A stretch of 64,000 nt of DNA from Candidatus Omnitrophota bacterium. Its GTDB lineage: Bacteria > Omnitrophota > Gorgyraeia > Gygaellales > Profunditerraquicolaceae. The notes below the pieces were generated by a model. The model did not search any database and was not told the DNA's origin. It was given only the letters and a program-made list of their open reading frames with translations. Shown here in pieces: positions 30,201 to 45,200 of the stretch (position 1 is the stretch's first letter; each line of letters opens with the position of its first letter). Location: assembly GCA_030650425.1 (NCBI GenBank), contig JAUSED010000005.1:14932-78931 (forward strand), read 5' to 3'. The translations under genes were made by a program, and so were the position numbers.

Positions 30201-33200
30201 TGGAGAGATTTCGCCAGCAGTCTTGAATAAATATTATAACGCTTCATTTATTACCTATATGGAGGCGGTTGCCCATAATCATCTGGTTGTCAGTGGAGGC
30301 AAGATATCCAAGGGACAACTTAAAGCAAAGGGTCACTTTTTCTTCAACAATGGGCGCCTTATCTCTTATACAGATTGGGAACAGATTCCCCATAAGGCTA
30401 AGATGGCAGGTTATCAATATGATAAGATAGCCGAATTAGCCCCAGAGCAGGAATTATTGGAAAATAACTTGAGGGACCTTATCAAGGCGCATCAGGCAGG
30501 CGAAATTAACGACGCTGGTTTTAACGGTAGAATCACAGTTTTAAGGAATGAGCATCCCTATTATTTGATTTCTGATCAAGGCGTACTTTTTAGCCAAGAA
30601 ACGCTTGAGACAGCGGCAGAATATGTCAAAACAAGCTGGGCTAAAGGGTATAGCGATCTTACCGAAGGATTACGTAAAATAATCGATGATTACTTACTGC
30701 AAGTAAAAGATGCCAGCGGAGAAGAAATTACCGCGTTTTTAAATAAACATTTCGCCATTGAGATTGTTGATATGAAGAATAATAAAGCCGACATATTGAT
30801 TTCATCCAATACCGGAATCTTTAAATCGGAAGAGCTGATCCATTATCATGAAACAATAGCTCAACTCTATGACCAATTTAAAACGGCAGGTGAAAGTAAT
30901 CTGTTCTGGGGAATAGAACCGAAAGATAATTCAGAAAAAACCCTGACTTGGAATATTATCAGGATGATCGCGCAAAAGCCAGACAAGCAATCCCAAAGCG
31001 GCTTTCGTTTTGTAGGTGATGCGCCAGCATCTATCAAAGATGGTTCGCGTCAGCTTGGTTTTGTGAAAGAGTATCTTGAAGAATTCGGGATGCCTCAATT
31101 ATCGACAGTTATTGGATCTGAAGCGGAAACTATCGGTGCATCTTTAGAGCATCAGCAAATTGATCAGGCCTATAATCAATTCAAGTCTTCTATCGCGGAA
31201 AAAGATTTTGCCTTCCTACGCACACTTTTAGAGCAATTATTTATTTTCTGTTCACAAAAAGCTTCTCAGGGGAACCTCTTGGAGCTTATAGAAAGATTAG
31301 AAGCCAATCCGGATGAAATCGCTTCTTTAACCATTCTTAGCCAGCATTCTGCGCGGGCTCCTCCAGTAAACTTAATTAAAGGATTACTTATCCATACTCA
31401 ATATGAAGCCATTGATAAGGGTTATCTCTTTGAGGGGTTGGATAAGAGCCTTTGGATAGAAGAGAAATCTCCCCATCTTGCCGCATTATACAAACGTATT
31501 AAAGTAATCGCTGAGAAAGACAGCGATTACCTAATTGTCAGAATCAATGATATCGCCAGCCTGCTTAATGGAAATAATAACAATTCAGACATACAATCAT
31601 CCTCTGCCGTTATCAACCCGAGTTCGTACCTGCTAAATATCTTTTCTGAAAATCTAGCTCTATTAAATGCCTATATTGATAAAGCAGCCGTTGCCAGAGG
31701 GCTCAGCAAAGAAGAAATCATTAAAGGGATGTTTTATCCGGAAGATAGAGAGAGCGTACGGGGTAAGATAAAAGAAGAACTTTCTAATGGCCGGACCGGG
31801 CAGGAGAAGGAGAAAAGAGAGCGTTATCTTTGTTTTGGTGGTGGCAGCGGTACGTTGGCAATTTTGAAACCGCTAAATAAGCTTCTAACTTCTTTAAGTT
31901 CGGATAAGGCAGCTAAAAATGCTAAGAGATTTGTGCATGTGTTGCAGAGTTCTATTGATGACGGAGGCTCGACCTTTAAAATGATCACGGGATTGATCAA
32001 AAAAGGCTATGGCTGGATGCCTTCTGTAGGCGACCTAGTGAATAGCTTGTTTAAAGGCTTTGGGTCAACGGCAAAGTTATATAAGGTATTGGATGACCAA
32101 GGCCGCGTGAAATTAGCAAGTGAAGTTGACCTAGAGAAAGGCAAAATTCCGGCTATCGATAAGACCGGCAGGCCATTTGAAAAGGGAAAGATTGTATTTT
32201 TTGGGGAAGGATACGATACTGGCGATAAAAATGATGTGGTATACGTGGATACCTTTAGAGATTTAATGATTAGATTATTAAAACGTAATGTTACCTATAC
32301 TTTGGTTACGGAGGGCGGTATAGGTTATATGGAGCCCAAGATAAAGGCTTTAGACGAAGATTACGTGTATTTTATCAGCAGTATGATGAATCTCGTAGAT
32401 ATTATCGAAAGGTATATCAAAGATAAGGTTATTCCGTTGGATGGCGCCAGCATCAGAAATTTATTGTTGTTGGGGGCGATAGACTACCTCGGCTTAATTG
32501 ATATCCAACATCCGAAGTATAATGTTGGGGAACTTGAGTTCTTAGCGGCCGAAGAGAGAGAGTTTAAGCTTTTCCACGAAGGCTTAAAGGCCCTGGCTAA
32601 GATGGCGAAACTGGATGAAGTCGTTAAGGTGTCGCTTTCGCATAAGCATCCGACAACCGTGTATGCTGTGTTTGATGAGACTGTGATTTTGATTGAGGAC
32701 ACAAGTATAAATTCAGAAGAAAATAAGTACGTGGTTACAATAAAGGTAGATAAAAATCCCTTTCTCGAAGCGGAGGTTAGAGTCCACGGTGGTAAATACG
32801 GTCCTATAAAATACCCGCCGGTACGCCTCGGCTGGAAAGAGCTTATCGGAGTAGGGGGAGGAATCGAGATCTGTGTTCGGATCAATCAAGCCGGAGAGGC
32901 GTTAGTTAGTATTGGTAGGAAGGAAGATAAAGAACTTAGCAGGGAGATTAAAATCGTGGAACAAGAGTTTCTTGAAGAAAGCTATATTGAGTATATGGGG
33001 AAGAATTATCGAATGGTAACTGATGGGACCGGATTACTGCGTGAAGAAGTAAAAGATGCAAAGGGAGTATATGAATATAGGCCGCTTTCCATAGGGGCAT
33101 TGAATATTTTCATTCGTAATCGATTGGTCGCTATGCAGACGCATGTGACAGAGACCCCGAACTACTCTAAGGTTATAGATTTTGGGGTTGCAGAAAAAGT

Positions 33201-36200
33201 ATCGGAAGAATGGGTGAAAGTGGAAGAAAAACAAGAACCCCAGTTAAGGAATATATACAGGAAAAATCCAAAGCTGCGTTTGGTTTGCAATAAAGATGTT
33301 ATTCGGGATATCTTATCCAGTAAAACAAGGGGTATTACCTTTGGCCCCGGCTCGTTCTTTACCAGCACCATGCCTCACTTTTTGGTTAAGGGATTGGCTA
33401 AAGCCTTGGTCCAGCGTAGGAAGAGGGGTGATATTCCCATTATCTTTATTTTTAATCCTAGCGTAGATAATGAAACAGCAGGCTACAGCATAAAAGACTT
33501 GATGATTTTTGTTAAGACAAAAACCGGGTATAAATTTGACCAGATGTTTACCGGCATCAGCGTAACAAAGTTCGATACCGTAAAATTGGAAGAAAGTTTT
33601 GATGTTGACATAAAGAACCGGCCCTTAGGCGCCGATTGGTATGTTGAACGCGTACTGGAGAATTCGCATTTGATTGATGAGTTGGGGTTAGAATACATAA
33701 AGATGCTGATCGGAAAATATAGGGAGATGGAAAGGAAAGGAGAAGTAATCCAAGATGATGACAGGACAGAGATCATTGGTAAAGAGGCCGGCCGAAAGGC
33801 GAACCTGAAGGAGTATCTAGAGTATAAAATAGATCAGCTATTAAAAGCTCTTTATGAAAAACCCGTAGCAGAGATCCGCACAGACCCCGGTCAGGATTCC
33901 AAAGAAGCAAAGAAATCCCGCGGCCCCTTGTACTTAACTAAGGAAGATCAGTACCAGATTATGGAGGAATATAGGCAATTAAGGATCCACAAAGATGAGT
34001 TTATAGCAGGTGTTGAGTTTAGGCCGCCTCGAGGGACAGGAGATAGTTTAGGTTTAGGCATAGGGTTCTGGTCGGATTCTACGTTATACGGATTAGGGGA
34101 TGTGTTAGGGATTACAGGGTACGCCCAAAAATTAACCGAGGCCTATAAAACTATGGTTAAAGAAGAGGTGCCTGTGGAGCGCAGGGATGGACAGGATGAT
34201 TTCGCTTATATCTTTGACCAACTAAAACGGGCTATACTAATTAAATTAGACTCGGAAACACGAAAGTATTTTAACCAGTTATCGCTAAATGGCTTTAAAA
34301 GGGCGGTCAAAGGGGTCCTGATACGTGAAAATCTGGAAAAAAATAAGAAAGTTGGTTTTGGGATCGCCTTAAGGGCGAAGTTAGAATTTAATAATGAATT
34401 TATCTCTAGCCTAAAAGAGATTAAAGCGCAAATTTCTAAGATTATCCAGGGACGCGTGGAGTTTGATGATGAGTTACGGCTTAGCCTATTGGCTGTGGTA
34501 CGCACTAAGAATTACGAGGCAGGAAAAACAGAATCAGTTTATGCGGCGTATGAAGCAGTTAAAAGAGTTTTAGGAGAAATTGACAATTTCTTTGCGGAGA
34601 ATGTCTCGATTTATAACGGTAAGCTGATTAAGAGCGTAGAAGAAGGGATCAGAGAGATTGTGAAGGTTCATCAGCCTTTTGCCCTGAGGGTAACGGGTTT
34701 GAATTGTAGCGGTGGAAGTGGCCAAATCTATTTAGAGCTTGAGCCTATAAACCAATACGCGACAGAAGGAATATTGAAATTATTGAAGGTGCAGAAAGAC
34801 CTCGAACGCCTGCCTACAGAGTTAAGGATAAAAAGGTTGAATTTTACTTTGGGCCGCTTGACGCAGGCCTTAGATGATGAAGGACTTAAGGATTTGGATA
34901 GATTAAACAAAGACCTGGATTTTACCCATTTCATGCCGTTGAATGTACGTCAATTGGAGGCTTTGATTTATTGTGACCGACTCCACCGTGTTGTGGCAAA
35001 CAAGATTGATTTGACACTAGGCATAGAAAACGAGGTATTCAGTTTTACCGAGATGCTAGAGATTATCCGCACGCGGTATCCAAAGGCATTTGTAGCGTCA
35101 TCTTCTCCGGTTAATTCCAATAATATATTCAACGCCAATGGTTCGGTAGTTAAACCAATGCACATAGTCATGGTAAGCGCTGAGGCATATCCTTGTTCTT
35201 ATGCAGGATTCTTAGGGCAGAATTTAAATAGGCTAGCGAGGTCTTTTGGAGAAAGAGGTATCGAGGTAACGGTTATTATGCCTCTATACAAAATAACCAA
35301 AGATCAATATAGCGCCCAGTATAAATTTTATGGCCAGATTGATGTACCAATCGGTTATCAAACAGAGAAAGCAAAGATAGATATTCTTTCCGATGAGACA
35401 GCGGTATCCTATTATTTTATTGATAATGATAAGTATTTCGGAAGCGATATGTCTTATGGTGAATCTGGCAGATCTGATGATGCCAGTTATCAGAATCAAG
35501 CAGATCGGTTTGTCTATCTACAACGGGCCGCCTTGGAATTAATAAAATCCGGCATAGTGGCGCGTCCCGACGTCATTCATGTCCATGATTGGCCTATTTC
35601 CTTAATTCCTCTGCTGCTTAGCCCAAATACATCCGTATATAGTGATGACATAGCTTTAAAGAATATACCGGTTGTTTTAAGCATTACTAATTTCACCTAT
35701 AACGGAATATTTGATAACCCGTATCATGTCGCATATTTAACGGGTCTACACCGGCCTGCGCAGGCAGTTTATCCAGCGGCCTTGGAATTCTACGGCCAAG
35801 CAAATTGGTTAAAAGCAGGGATAATGTCCGCTAGAAAGATTGTTACTGTCGGGTCTACCTTTAGAAACGCGACATTAACCGCGGAATCGGGATTTGGATT
35901 AGAGAATATCTTAAAACTTAGAGAAAATGATTATTTAGGTATATTGCCTGGAGTTGATTATGAGGCCTTTGACCCGGTAGAGGACGTATGTATTGAAGAA
36001 CGATACACTGTAGAGACTATTGACCTTAAGAGTAAAAATAAGGAAGCCTTATTAAAAAGCTTTAATCTCCCTCTGGAGGATATAGGTCAACCGATATTAA
36101 CGATAATTTCGAAGCTGGATAAAATGAATGGTATGGATTTATTAGAACAAACAATGGAAGATGTGCTGAAATTGGATACTAAAATTATTATTATGGGAAC

Positions 36201-39200
36201 CGGGGAAGAAAGGTTTGAAGATTTTTTTAGGAGGATGAAAGAAAAATATCCAAAACGCGTCGGATTATATATCGGTTTTGATTCAAACTTAATGCATCTG
36301 ATGATTGCTGGCAGCGATATATATATAATGCCTCATTCTGCTGTGCCTGGTTCATTTGTCCCCCTGTATAGTTTAAGGTACGGCACAGTTCCTGTAGTAA
36401 ATGCCATTGGTATGTTGAATGATGCGATAATAGATTCAGGACTGCCGGGAGAGCAAACCGGTTTTAAATTTCATGGTTATTTGCCCAATAATTTACTCTA
36501 TAAAATAACCGAAGCAATCGAAATCTATAGAAGGGATCCGCAGAGGTGGGAGCAGATTATGAAACAAGGGATGCAGCAGGATTTTTCTTGGAATATAACA
36601 GCTCAAAAATTTGTAGAGCTGTACAAAGAAATACAAAATCTTAGCTGGCTGGAAGAGAGCATTATACCGCCATTTAAGATGGAGAGAGCCGAAGGGATAG
36701 GTAAGAATAATATATTTGATATTGCTTTACCACGGAGTAAAAAAGACAATTTAATTAGCGGATTCGAACAAGCTAAGCGCATAATCTCATTACGTTACGC
36801 GCAGGATATAATTAACCCCGATGATTTGTGGATAGAAATTCTCAATATGCAAGATTTATCAAGGCACCGGAAAGACCGGGATAAAAATATAATTTTACTG
36901 GATATGGAGGTATTAAATAACCCCGATTTGGTTGCCGCGCTGATGATTAAGGAAGCAGAAATAATCGTTAATAATGGGGTAAGTGGGGAAGAACAGGCAT
37001 TAAATTATATAAGAGTTTGGGTGGATCTTTTCCAGCATTTTCATGCTCTTAATCCTGATAAACAGGCAGGTTTCCTAGCTTCCCTCTTGTTTGATAAAAG
37101 GCATGATAATAAGTGGCTTATTTCATCATTAGTGAAAACTTATAATCAAGAGTTTATATTTAAAGAGATGTTAGATGTATTAAAGCATAATCCGCAATAT
37201 GAAGTGGTGGCAGACTCGGCTGATATTTTCGAAAAAGCATATGAAGAATCCGCAGAGAGAAATATCCTTACTTATATATTAGAATACGCATATTCTAATA
37301 ACCAGTTTAGTTCGTATTACTTGAATAAAAAAGATTTTGAAATCAAATTTAGTTTAATAGTTCATATGTCGGGGGTAATGGCGAAATGGAACTATGCCCC
37401 CGTTGTCTTTTGGGATGTCCTATACCAGGAATTAGTTAAAATTGGTTTTGCTAAAGAAGTTACCCTATATTATGATCGAAAAGAAGAGGGAAAAAGTGGA
37501 ATAAAGATCTTTATTCCCGATTTTGAGAAAGTACCGTATTATCAAAGAGAAGAGCAACAATTGATAGCCGCCAGATACATCGCGGCTTATATTAATAACG
37601 GAGCAAATTCGATAGGGGCTTGCCGAGTCCTAATAGAAGGTGTAGACGAGGTTTTCTTTTTAATTATATCCCAAGTATTTAAAAATGGATATGACAATCC
37701 TTTAAATAAAAACGCTGAAACCACCAGCCAATACTTAACTAATTACTACGGGGGAAACTTTATTATAGAATTAGTCAAAGGAAAAATACAGGCATTAGAA
37801 GAGATGCCAAGATTAACTATTGAGCGAGAGGGAATGTTTAATCCGTTCAGAAATGTGCTGGTGGGTTTAGATATGGGCGGCTCTTATATAAAGCTGGTAA
37901 TCATAATCAATGGCAAGATAGTGTCTCTTGAGCAAGATTCAATAGAGACGGGGCAATTTAAAAGACTGGAAGACGGCAGCCAGATTGTGCCTGAAGACTA
38001 TACAGGTGAAAATTTATTACAAAAAATTGATCATTTTGTGCGCTCATCTTTAAAAAAAGCTAGGATTAAACTAGAGGAGGTAGCCGCAATAGGCGCAGCT
38101 TGGGCGGGCGCGATACGTAACAATAGAATTGCAGGCTCTTCCACTATGCTTTTTAATCTGAGAGACTATTTTAGCAATCCAGAAGTGCAGATTAAAATGA
38201 AGAATTTGTCTGATACATTATCCAAAATATTTGATAACAAGCCTGTTTATCTTATAAACGATGGAGACGCAGATGCTTTTAAGATGAGCCTAGAAGAAAA
38301 TCTCGCTGATGTGCTTGTGTTAAAATTAGGAACCGGTTTAGCGGGCTCCTATATCGATAAGAGTGGTTCGATAGCCATAGGCCTCCATGAATTCGGGAGG
38401 ATACAATTGAATTTATCCCCTAATGCAACACGGCATCCATTTACGGGAGTGAAGGGATTAGGAAGATTATATGTTTCCAGCCAAACAGCAGTTGAATATG
38501 GCAAGAAAGCGGGATTAATAGATAAAGTAAAAGAATTGGGGAATATGTCATTTGAATCTAAAACGGTCAGTATGTTGATTGCGGCAGGATGGGATGCCCA
38601 GTATGTTTTTGAAGACGTATCCCGCAATATCGTTGATGCCATAATACATTTACATGAATTTTACAATAACAGGAACGTTTTACTATCAGGCGGGGTGTTA
38701 AAAGGGGCTACTGGATCATTTGTCCATGAAAAAGTACAAAAATTATTATATACCAAATACAGTGGTTACAAAATCAAAACCTACCTAGCAGCTGAAACGC
38801 AGATTGGTGGAGCAATAGGAGCAGCGCAATGGGCTAATTTTAATTACCAATTAAAAGAAAAGCCTACGATTAATGAGTCAGCTTCTTCTGTAGTTAACGC
38901 TCCTGGCCCGGATCTGTTAAATATTTTTTCCAATAATACCGAGTTTTTAAAAAGCTATACTAAAAAGGCGGCTAAATCCAGGAATATTATGGAAGAGAAT
39001 GTCGTTAGAGGAATGTTTCATCCTGATGACCGGAATGTGGTAAGGAAAGAGGTAGGGGAGCAGATTGTTTTAATGCATGCTCCTCCGAAAAATAAAAAGC
39101 GTATTATGTGTTTTGGCGGCGGAAGCGGCATGTTGGCAATTCTGGCGCCATTAAAGAATCTGCTATTGTTGTTGAAGGATAAAGAGACTTATGTGCATGT

Positions 39201-42200
39201 GCTGCAGACATCCATTGATGATGGCGGTGCGACATTCAAATTAGTGATGGCATTAATTAATAAAGGGTATGGTTGGATGCCGTCTCCGGGAGACTTGGTA
39301 AATTCGCTTTTCAAAGGATTTGCCAATATATCCAAGTCGTATAAGATTTTAGATGATCAGGGCAGGTTAAAGCTGGCTGCGCAGAAGGACTTAGATGACA
39401 GGAAAATACCAAGTGTTGATAGCAAGGGGACTAAATTCGAGGTAGGTAAGATTATATTCTTTGGCGAAGGATATGATCAGGATAGCAATATAGGAGACGT
39501 CGAGTATCTGGATAGTTTTAAGGATTTGATGGTCGCGTTATTGAAACGGAATGTAGAATACACTCTGCAAGCCGTTAACGCAGGGATAGGCTACATTCAA
39601 CCGAAAACGAAAGAATTAGATACGGATTTTGTGTATTTCGCTACCAGTATGCTGAATCTAGCGGATATTCTCCAAGAGTATTTTAATCGAGGAATCATTC
39701 CGTTAGAAGGGGCAAGTATCCGTAATTTATTGTTATTAGGTGCGATAGATTATCTGGGATTGATCGATATAAATAATCCTAAGTATAAAGAAAACGAGCG
39801 TAGTTTCATGGCAGATACAGAAGAAGAATATAAGTTATTCCATAAAGGGTTAGAAAAGTTAGCTGAGATGGCAGGGATCGGTGGTATTGCTAAGGTTTCA
39901 TTATCACATAGATACCCAGTAACCGTGTATGCCGAATATGAAGAGAATGTAATTCTGATTGACGATAAAAGCGTGAAAGAAGAAGAAAACAAATATGTAG
40001 TTACAGTAAAAGTAGACCAGAAAAATGGTAGGGTTACAGTTAGAATTTATAGAGAAGATAACCTTATCGAGGTATACCCGGTGAGTGTAGATTTGACAGA
40101 GGAGATTGATATAAGTGAAACGATTGAAATGAATGTTAAAGTAAATAAAGCGGGGGAGGTATTTATTGGGATAGTTAAACAAGGGGAAGGGAGCCAGCGT
40201 CAGTGGTTTAAGCTTGTAGAAAAAGAACAGCTTGAAGAGAGCTATGTTGAGTATAAAGGGAAGACGCATCGCTTGGCAATTGACGGGACTGGTTTGGTGA
40301 GGCATGAAGCAGGTAAGGATGTGTATGAGTATCGGCCGCTTTCCTTGGAAAGATTAAATGTGTATGTGAGGAATAGATTGGTTGTTATGCAGACGCATAT
40401 TACAGAGACAGCCAACTACTCAAAGATTATCGATTTTGGAGTAGCAGAGAAGATAGGTGAAGAAGCGGTAGTAGAGGGGGGTAAGAAATTTAGCAGGTAT
40501 ATTTACACTAAAAATCCAGACTTACGTTTAGAGGAGAATGAAGATATCGTTAATGAGATTCTCTCTCCAGAGACAAAAGGGATTACTTTTGGTCCGGGGT
40601 CATTCTTCACGAGCTTGATGAGTTACTTTTTGGCAAAGGGATTGGCGAAGGCTTTAGTTGAACGCAGGAAAAGAGGCGATATCCCGATTGTTTTCATTTT
40701 TAATCCTACGGTTGATAATGAAACAGTAGGGTATGAGATTGAGGATTTAACCTCTTTTATTGAAAAGAAGACTAATTATAAATTTAATAAAATGTTTACG
40801 GCCATCAGCGTAACAAAGTTTGATACCGTGAAGTTGGAGGAAGAGCGTTTATTAAAAGATAGTGGGAAACGGCTTCCAGCAAAATGGTATGTTCAGCAGG
40901 CGTTGAAGAAAGATTCGCAATTAATCGAAACATTAGGTTTAGAATACATAAAGATATTGATAAACAAATACAGATTTATGAAGAATCGTGGCCAGAAGAT
41001 TGTTGATGATGATGGAACGGAGATCGGCGGGGGCGAGGCAGGCAGGGATGAATATTTAGAATATAAGATCGCTCAGTTGTTAAAGGCGCTGTACGAGGTC
41101 CCTAAGGCAGAGATTCGTACAGATCCAGGCAAGGCGTCTAAAGAGGCAAAGAAATCCCGCGGGCCATTGTATTTAACTCGAGAGGGTCAAGGAAGTATTA
41201 TGGATAAGTATAAAGATTTGATGATATATAAAGATCAATTTGTAACAGGTATTGAGTTCAGGCCGCCTCGCGGAGCAGGAGATAGATTAGGTTTTGGTAT
41301 AGGTTTTTGGGGAGATTATACGCTGTATGCGTTTGGCGATATGCTAGGGATTACGCATTATGGACAGTTTATGGCGGAGATTTATAAGGATAAGGTAGGT
41401 AGTATTCCTTTGGAACGAAGAAGGGGGTGGAGAGGGGACTTTGAGCGCATATTTGATCAGATAAAGTGGGGGATGTTTGAATTAGCGCCAGAGGCCAGAA
41501 GGTATTTTAATCAGATGTCTTTACATGGATTCAAGAGGGCAGTCCGGGGGATCCTGATGTGTGAAAATCTCGCGAAGAACAGCAAGCCCGGGTTTGGAAT
41601 TACCCTTAGGGCGCAATTAAAATTCGCTGAGAAAAAACCCGAAGAAGACGCAGTTGTAGCTATGATAGAAAAGATTAGAGCGGAGATAAGTAACATTACG
41701 CATGGCCGCGTAGAGTTTGATAATGTGCTGCGGCTTAGTTTATTAGCTGTGGTGCGGACTAAGAACTATAAGAAAGGAGATGGAAAGTCGATTCGCAAGG
41801 CATATAGAGAGACGAAGCGTGTTTTAGAGGAGGTCAAGAAGCGCTTTGAGGACAATCTGCTGATTTATAATGGTAAGGTGATAGAGAAAGCCGAGGATGG
41901 AATCATAGAGATTATGAAAGAAAACCGGTCATTTAGTTTAAAGATTAGCGGGGTTAGTTATGAAGAGGCTTCTGGCGAGGTGTCTTTGGAATTAGAACCT
42001 ATTAATGAATATGAGGGGGATGAATCGTTAAAGTTGTTGAAAGTGCAGGGAGATTTAGAGAGGTTACCTACGGAGCAGAGGATCAATAGGCTGCGTATTC
42101 CTCTGGGATGGATGACGCATGCCTTGGACGATGAGCAGGTAGATGAATTAGAAAAAATAAATGGGAATAATAATTTAGAATTTTCTCAGTTAACCCCTAT

Positions 42201-45200
42201 AAAGGTAGATAAGCTAGAGGTTTTATTGTATGGTGACCGAAGACATCATAATATTATAGAAATTATTGAATTACAATTAGGTCAAGAAAACCCGCCTTTT
42301 AGTTTTGAGGAGATGTTAAAGAAGGCGCGGAAAAAATACCCGGAGGCATTTGAAACGACATCAACTTCGTCTTCTCCGCTTGAGATAGATGATGGATTCC
42401 GGGTATTGCCGGAAATTAAAGGAAGGACAAAATTAATCCGTACTAGTTATAAACGAACAAGAAACGGCTTTTACAAAGCCGCAAGTATTACTATTCCAGA
42501 TTATGATGTAAATGATCCCGTGAGTATTGAATCCACTGCCACTAGGCTTGCTATCGAGCTTAACAATAGGCTGGCAATCTTTGGCGGGGATAAGATTAGA
42601 TTAGCCGTAGACAAGAACCTTTTTAAGAGGGTTAATGAAATATTCTTTGGATTTGGAGCTCCCTGCTATTTCCAGAATAATGGATTTCTGGGTATGGTAA
42701 CATACTTGAAAACTGTTTATGAAAGCAAAGAATTTGTTATGGAACGCCTTGAAGAGGGGGCATTGGAGGATGAGTCCTTCAGTGAAGTGGAGGTTATCAA
42801 TTCTATTGATACAAGGGGCCTTTGGTTTGGGCTTGATATTGGCGGTTCTGATCTAAAGACTGTTGTAGTCTATGATGGCAATCGGATTCATCATAAGATA
42901 ACTAAATGGTCGCCTAAGACGATGATCGATCCGCATGCCGAAGATGGGCATATTCCTGTGATTAAAAATATTCTTGAAGGCGTGGTGAAGGAAGCTAAAG
43001 ATAAAGGGTGTGATACCTCTAAAGCCATGGGTATAGGTGTCAGCGTTAACTTGGCTGTAGTGAATAACAAAATAACCGGGGTTGGGCATTTAACCGCGGG
43101 ATTAAAGAACGCTGAACAGATTGACGTTGTTAGGGGTTTGGGTAAAATTTTAGAGCAAGAGTTTGGTTTGTCTGTTTATGTTATAAATGATGGCGACGCC
43201 GCTGCAATCCAGACAACCGTCGACATGGGGTTGCAATATGCTCTTAGTATCGCAGGCGGCACAGGATTAGCTATGGGTTATGGTTCAACACAGTTTTTGA
43301 CCGAGGGCGGTAAAATTATGATTGATGTATCCGAGACAGCGGCGGAACACGGTACAACAGGTATTAAAGGAAGCGCTCAACAATATATCTCTCAACGTGC
43401 TGTATTCAGGCTCGCAGCAAAGGCAGGTATTGGTTTAAGTAGCCTTGAGAGGGATGCCGATAAGCTAACTTATATGCAGAAATTATATGAAGAGAACGAT
43501 GAAAAAGCTGTTTTAGTTTTTAATGAGATGCCGAAATACCTCGCGGAGTTTATTAAAATTGTTTCAGAGATCATACGAGTTGACAATGTTGTACTCTTTG
43601 GGCGTATCAGTAAAGGTGCGGCTGGCCGTGACTACATAGATAAGGCTCAGGATATCCTTAACCAACGCGGTAGTAATATAAAGATTCTTTTCCCGAAAGC
43701 TCCTTATGGCGTTGACCAAGAGATTTACCTTGAGGTGGGGCAGGCCGTGGGAGCAACATATTATGCCAGCTATATGTTTCATAAGAATCTCAAAAGATTG
43801 AATGATTCTATAAATGTCAGCAGTCCTTTAGAAAGGATGACTATCGAAAAAGGTATTTTTAAAACCAATGATATCCGGGCTGCTCATGCCGAAAGTAGTT
43901 TAACAAAAGAGGTCACGCGGAGGATAGTCAGGGGTTTTGCGACTTTTAGTGCCGAAACCTTAAAGAAGAAAAATTTAGTATTGACAGTAGGCAGAGATGT
44001 GCGTTTGACATCAGATAAAATTCACAAGGATAGTGTAGAGGCTTTGAAAGCAAGCGGAGCCCGAGTAATTGACTTAGGGATAGTGACAACAGGGATGCTT
44101 TATTATTCTATACCCCTCTACAAGGCTGATGGCGGCATTATGATTACAGCAAGCCATAATCCTTATCATTACAACGGATTCAAGATGGTTTTGGGGTTAC
44201 GTAATACAGTTAGAGAAGAACTGGTTAGAATTCATGAGATCGCCGAAAGCGGCCGGTTTATTTCAGGAAGAGGCTGGAAGGAAAACAGGAATATCCTTAA
44301 CGAATACAGGAAATTATTAGAGAACGCATCCGGTGATTTAAATGGTTTAAAAATAGCGATTGATGTTTTAAATGGGGCAGCGGCTATCTTACCTCTTACG
44401 GAGATATTTGAATCTTTAGGCGCTAGGGTCATAATTATCAATGGCGAAGCGGATGGTAACTTTCCTAACTGCGTGGACCAGTCTCCCGATCCATCCCTAT
44501 TTGTCAATCGCCAGAATCTTGTAAACATTGTTAGGGAGAAGGGGTGTGATGTGGGCATTGCTTTCGATGGAGATGCTGATCGCTTGGTGTGCGTAGATAA
44601 TACTGGAGAATATATTTCAGGCGATATTGTTTTGGCAGTGTTAAGCCGGGATGGGCTGATTAAGAATCCGGGGGGAGTTGTGGTTTTTGATGCAAAGTGC
44701 AGCTTAGCGCTTACTAAAGTAGTGGAGGGGATAGGTGGCCAGGCTATTCGCTGGAAAACGGGTTTTTCTAACATTAAAGAGAAAATGGAAGAAACAAATG
44801 CTGTTTTAGGCGGAGAACAGTCAGGACATTTTTTCTTTAAGGATCATTATAATATTGATGATGGAGTTTACACAGCCGTTAGATTTTTAAGACTTATCGC
44901 TAAAGCAAAACAGCAGAATAAGAGGGCTCACGATTTTGTTTATGAAATACCGCATTTTCCTTCTACTCCGGAACTTAGATTTGAGGTTACCGGCGATTCT
45001 CCCGACGCGGAAAAACATCGTATTATCAAAGAGCTTAAAGAGTATTTCATCGGCCAAAATTATCCGATCGATGAAACGGACGGCCTTAGGATACTTTTCC
45101 AAAACGGATGGGCTTTGGCCAGGGCTAGCGGTACACAACCAATGATTATCTGTCGCGTTGAAGGAGGGAATAAGATTTCCTTGAGGACTAGCCTTTCCAT

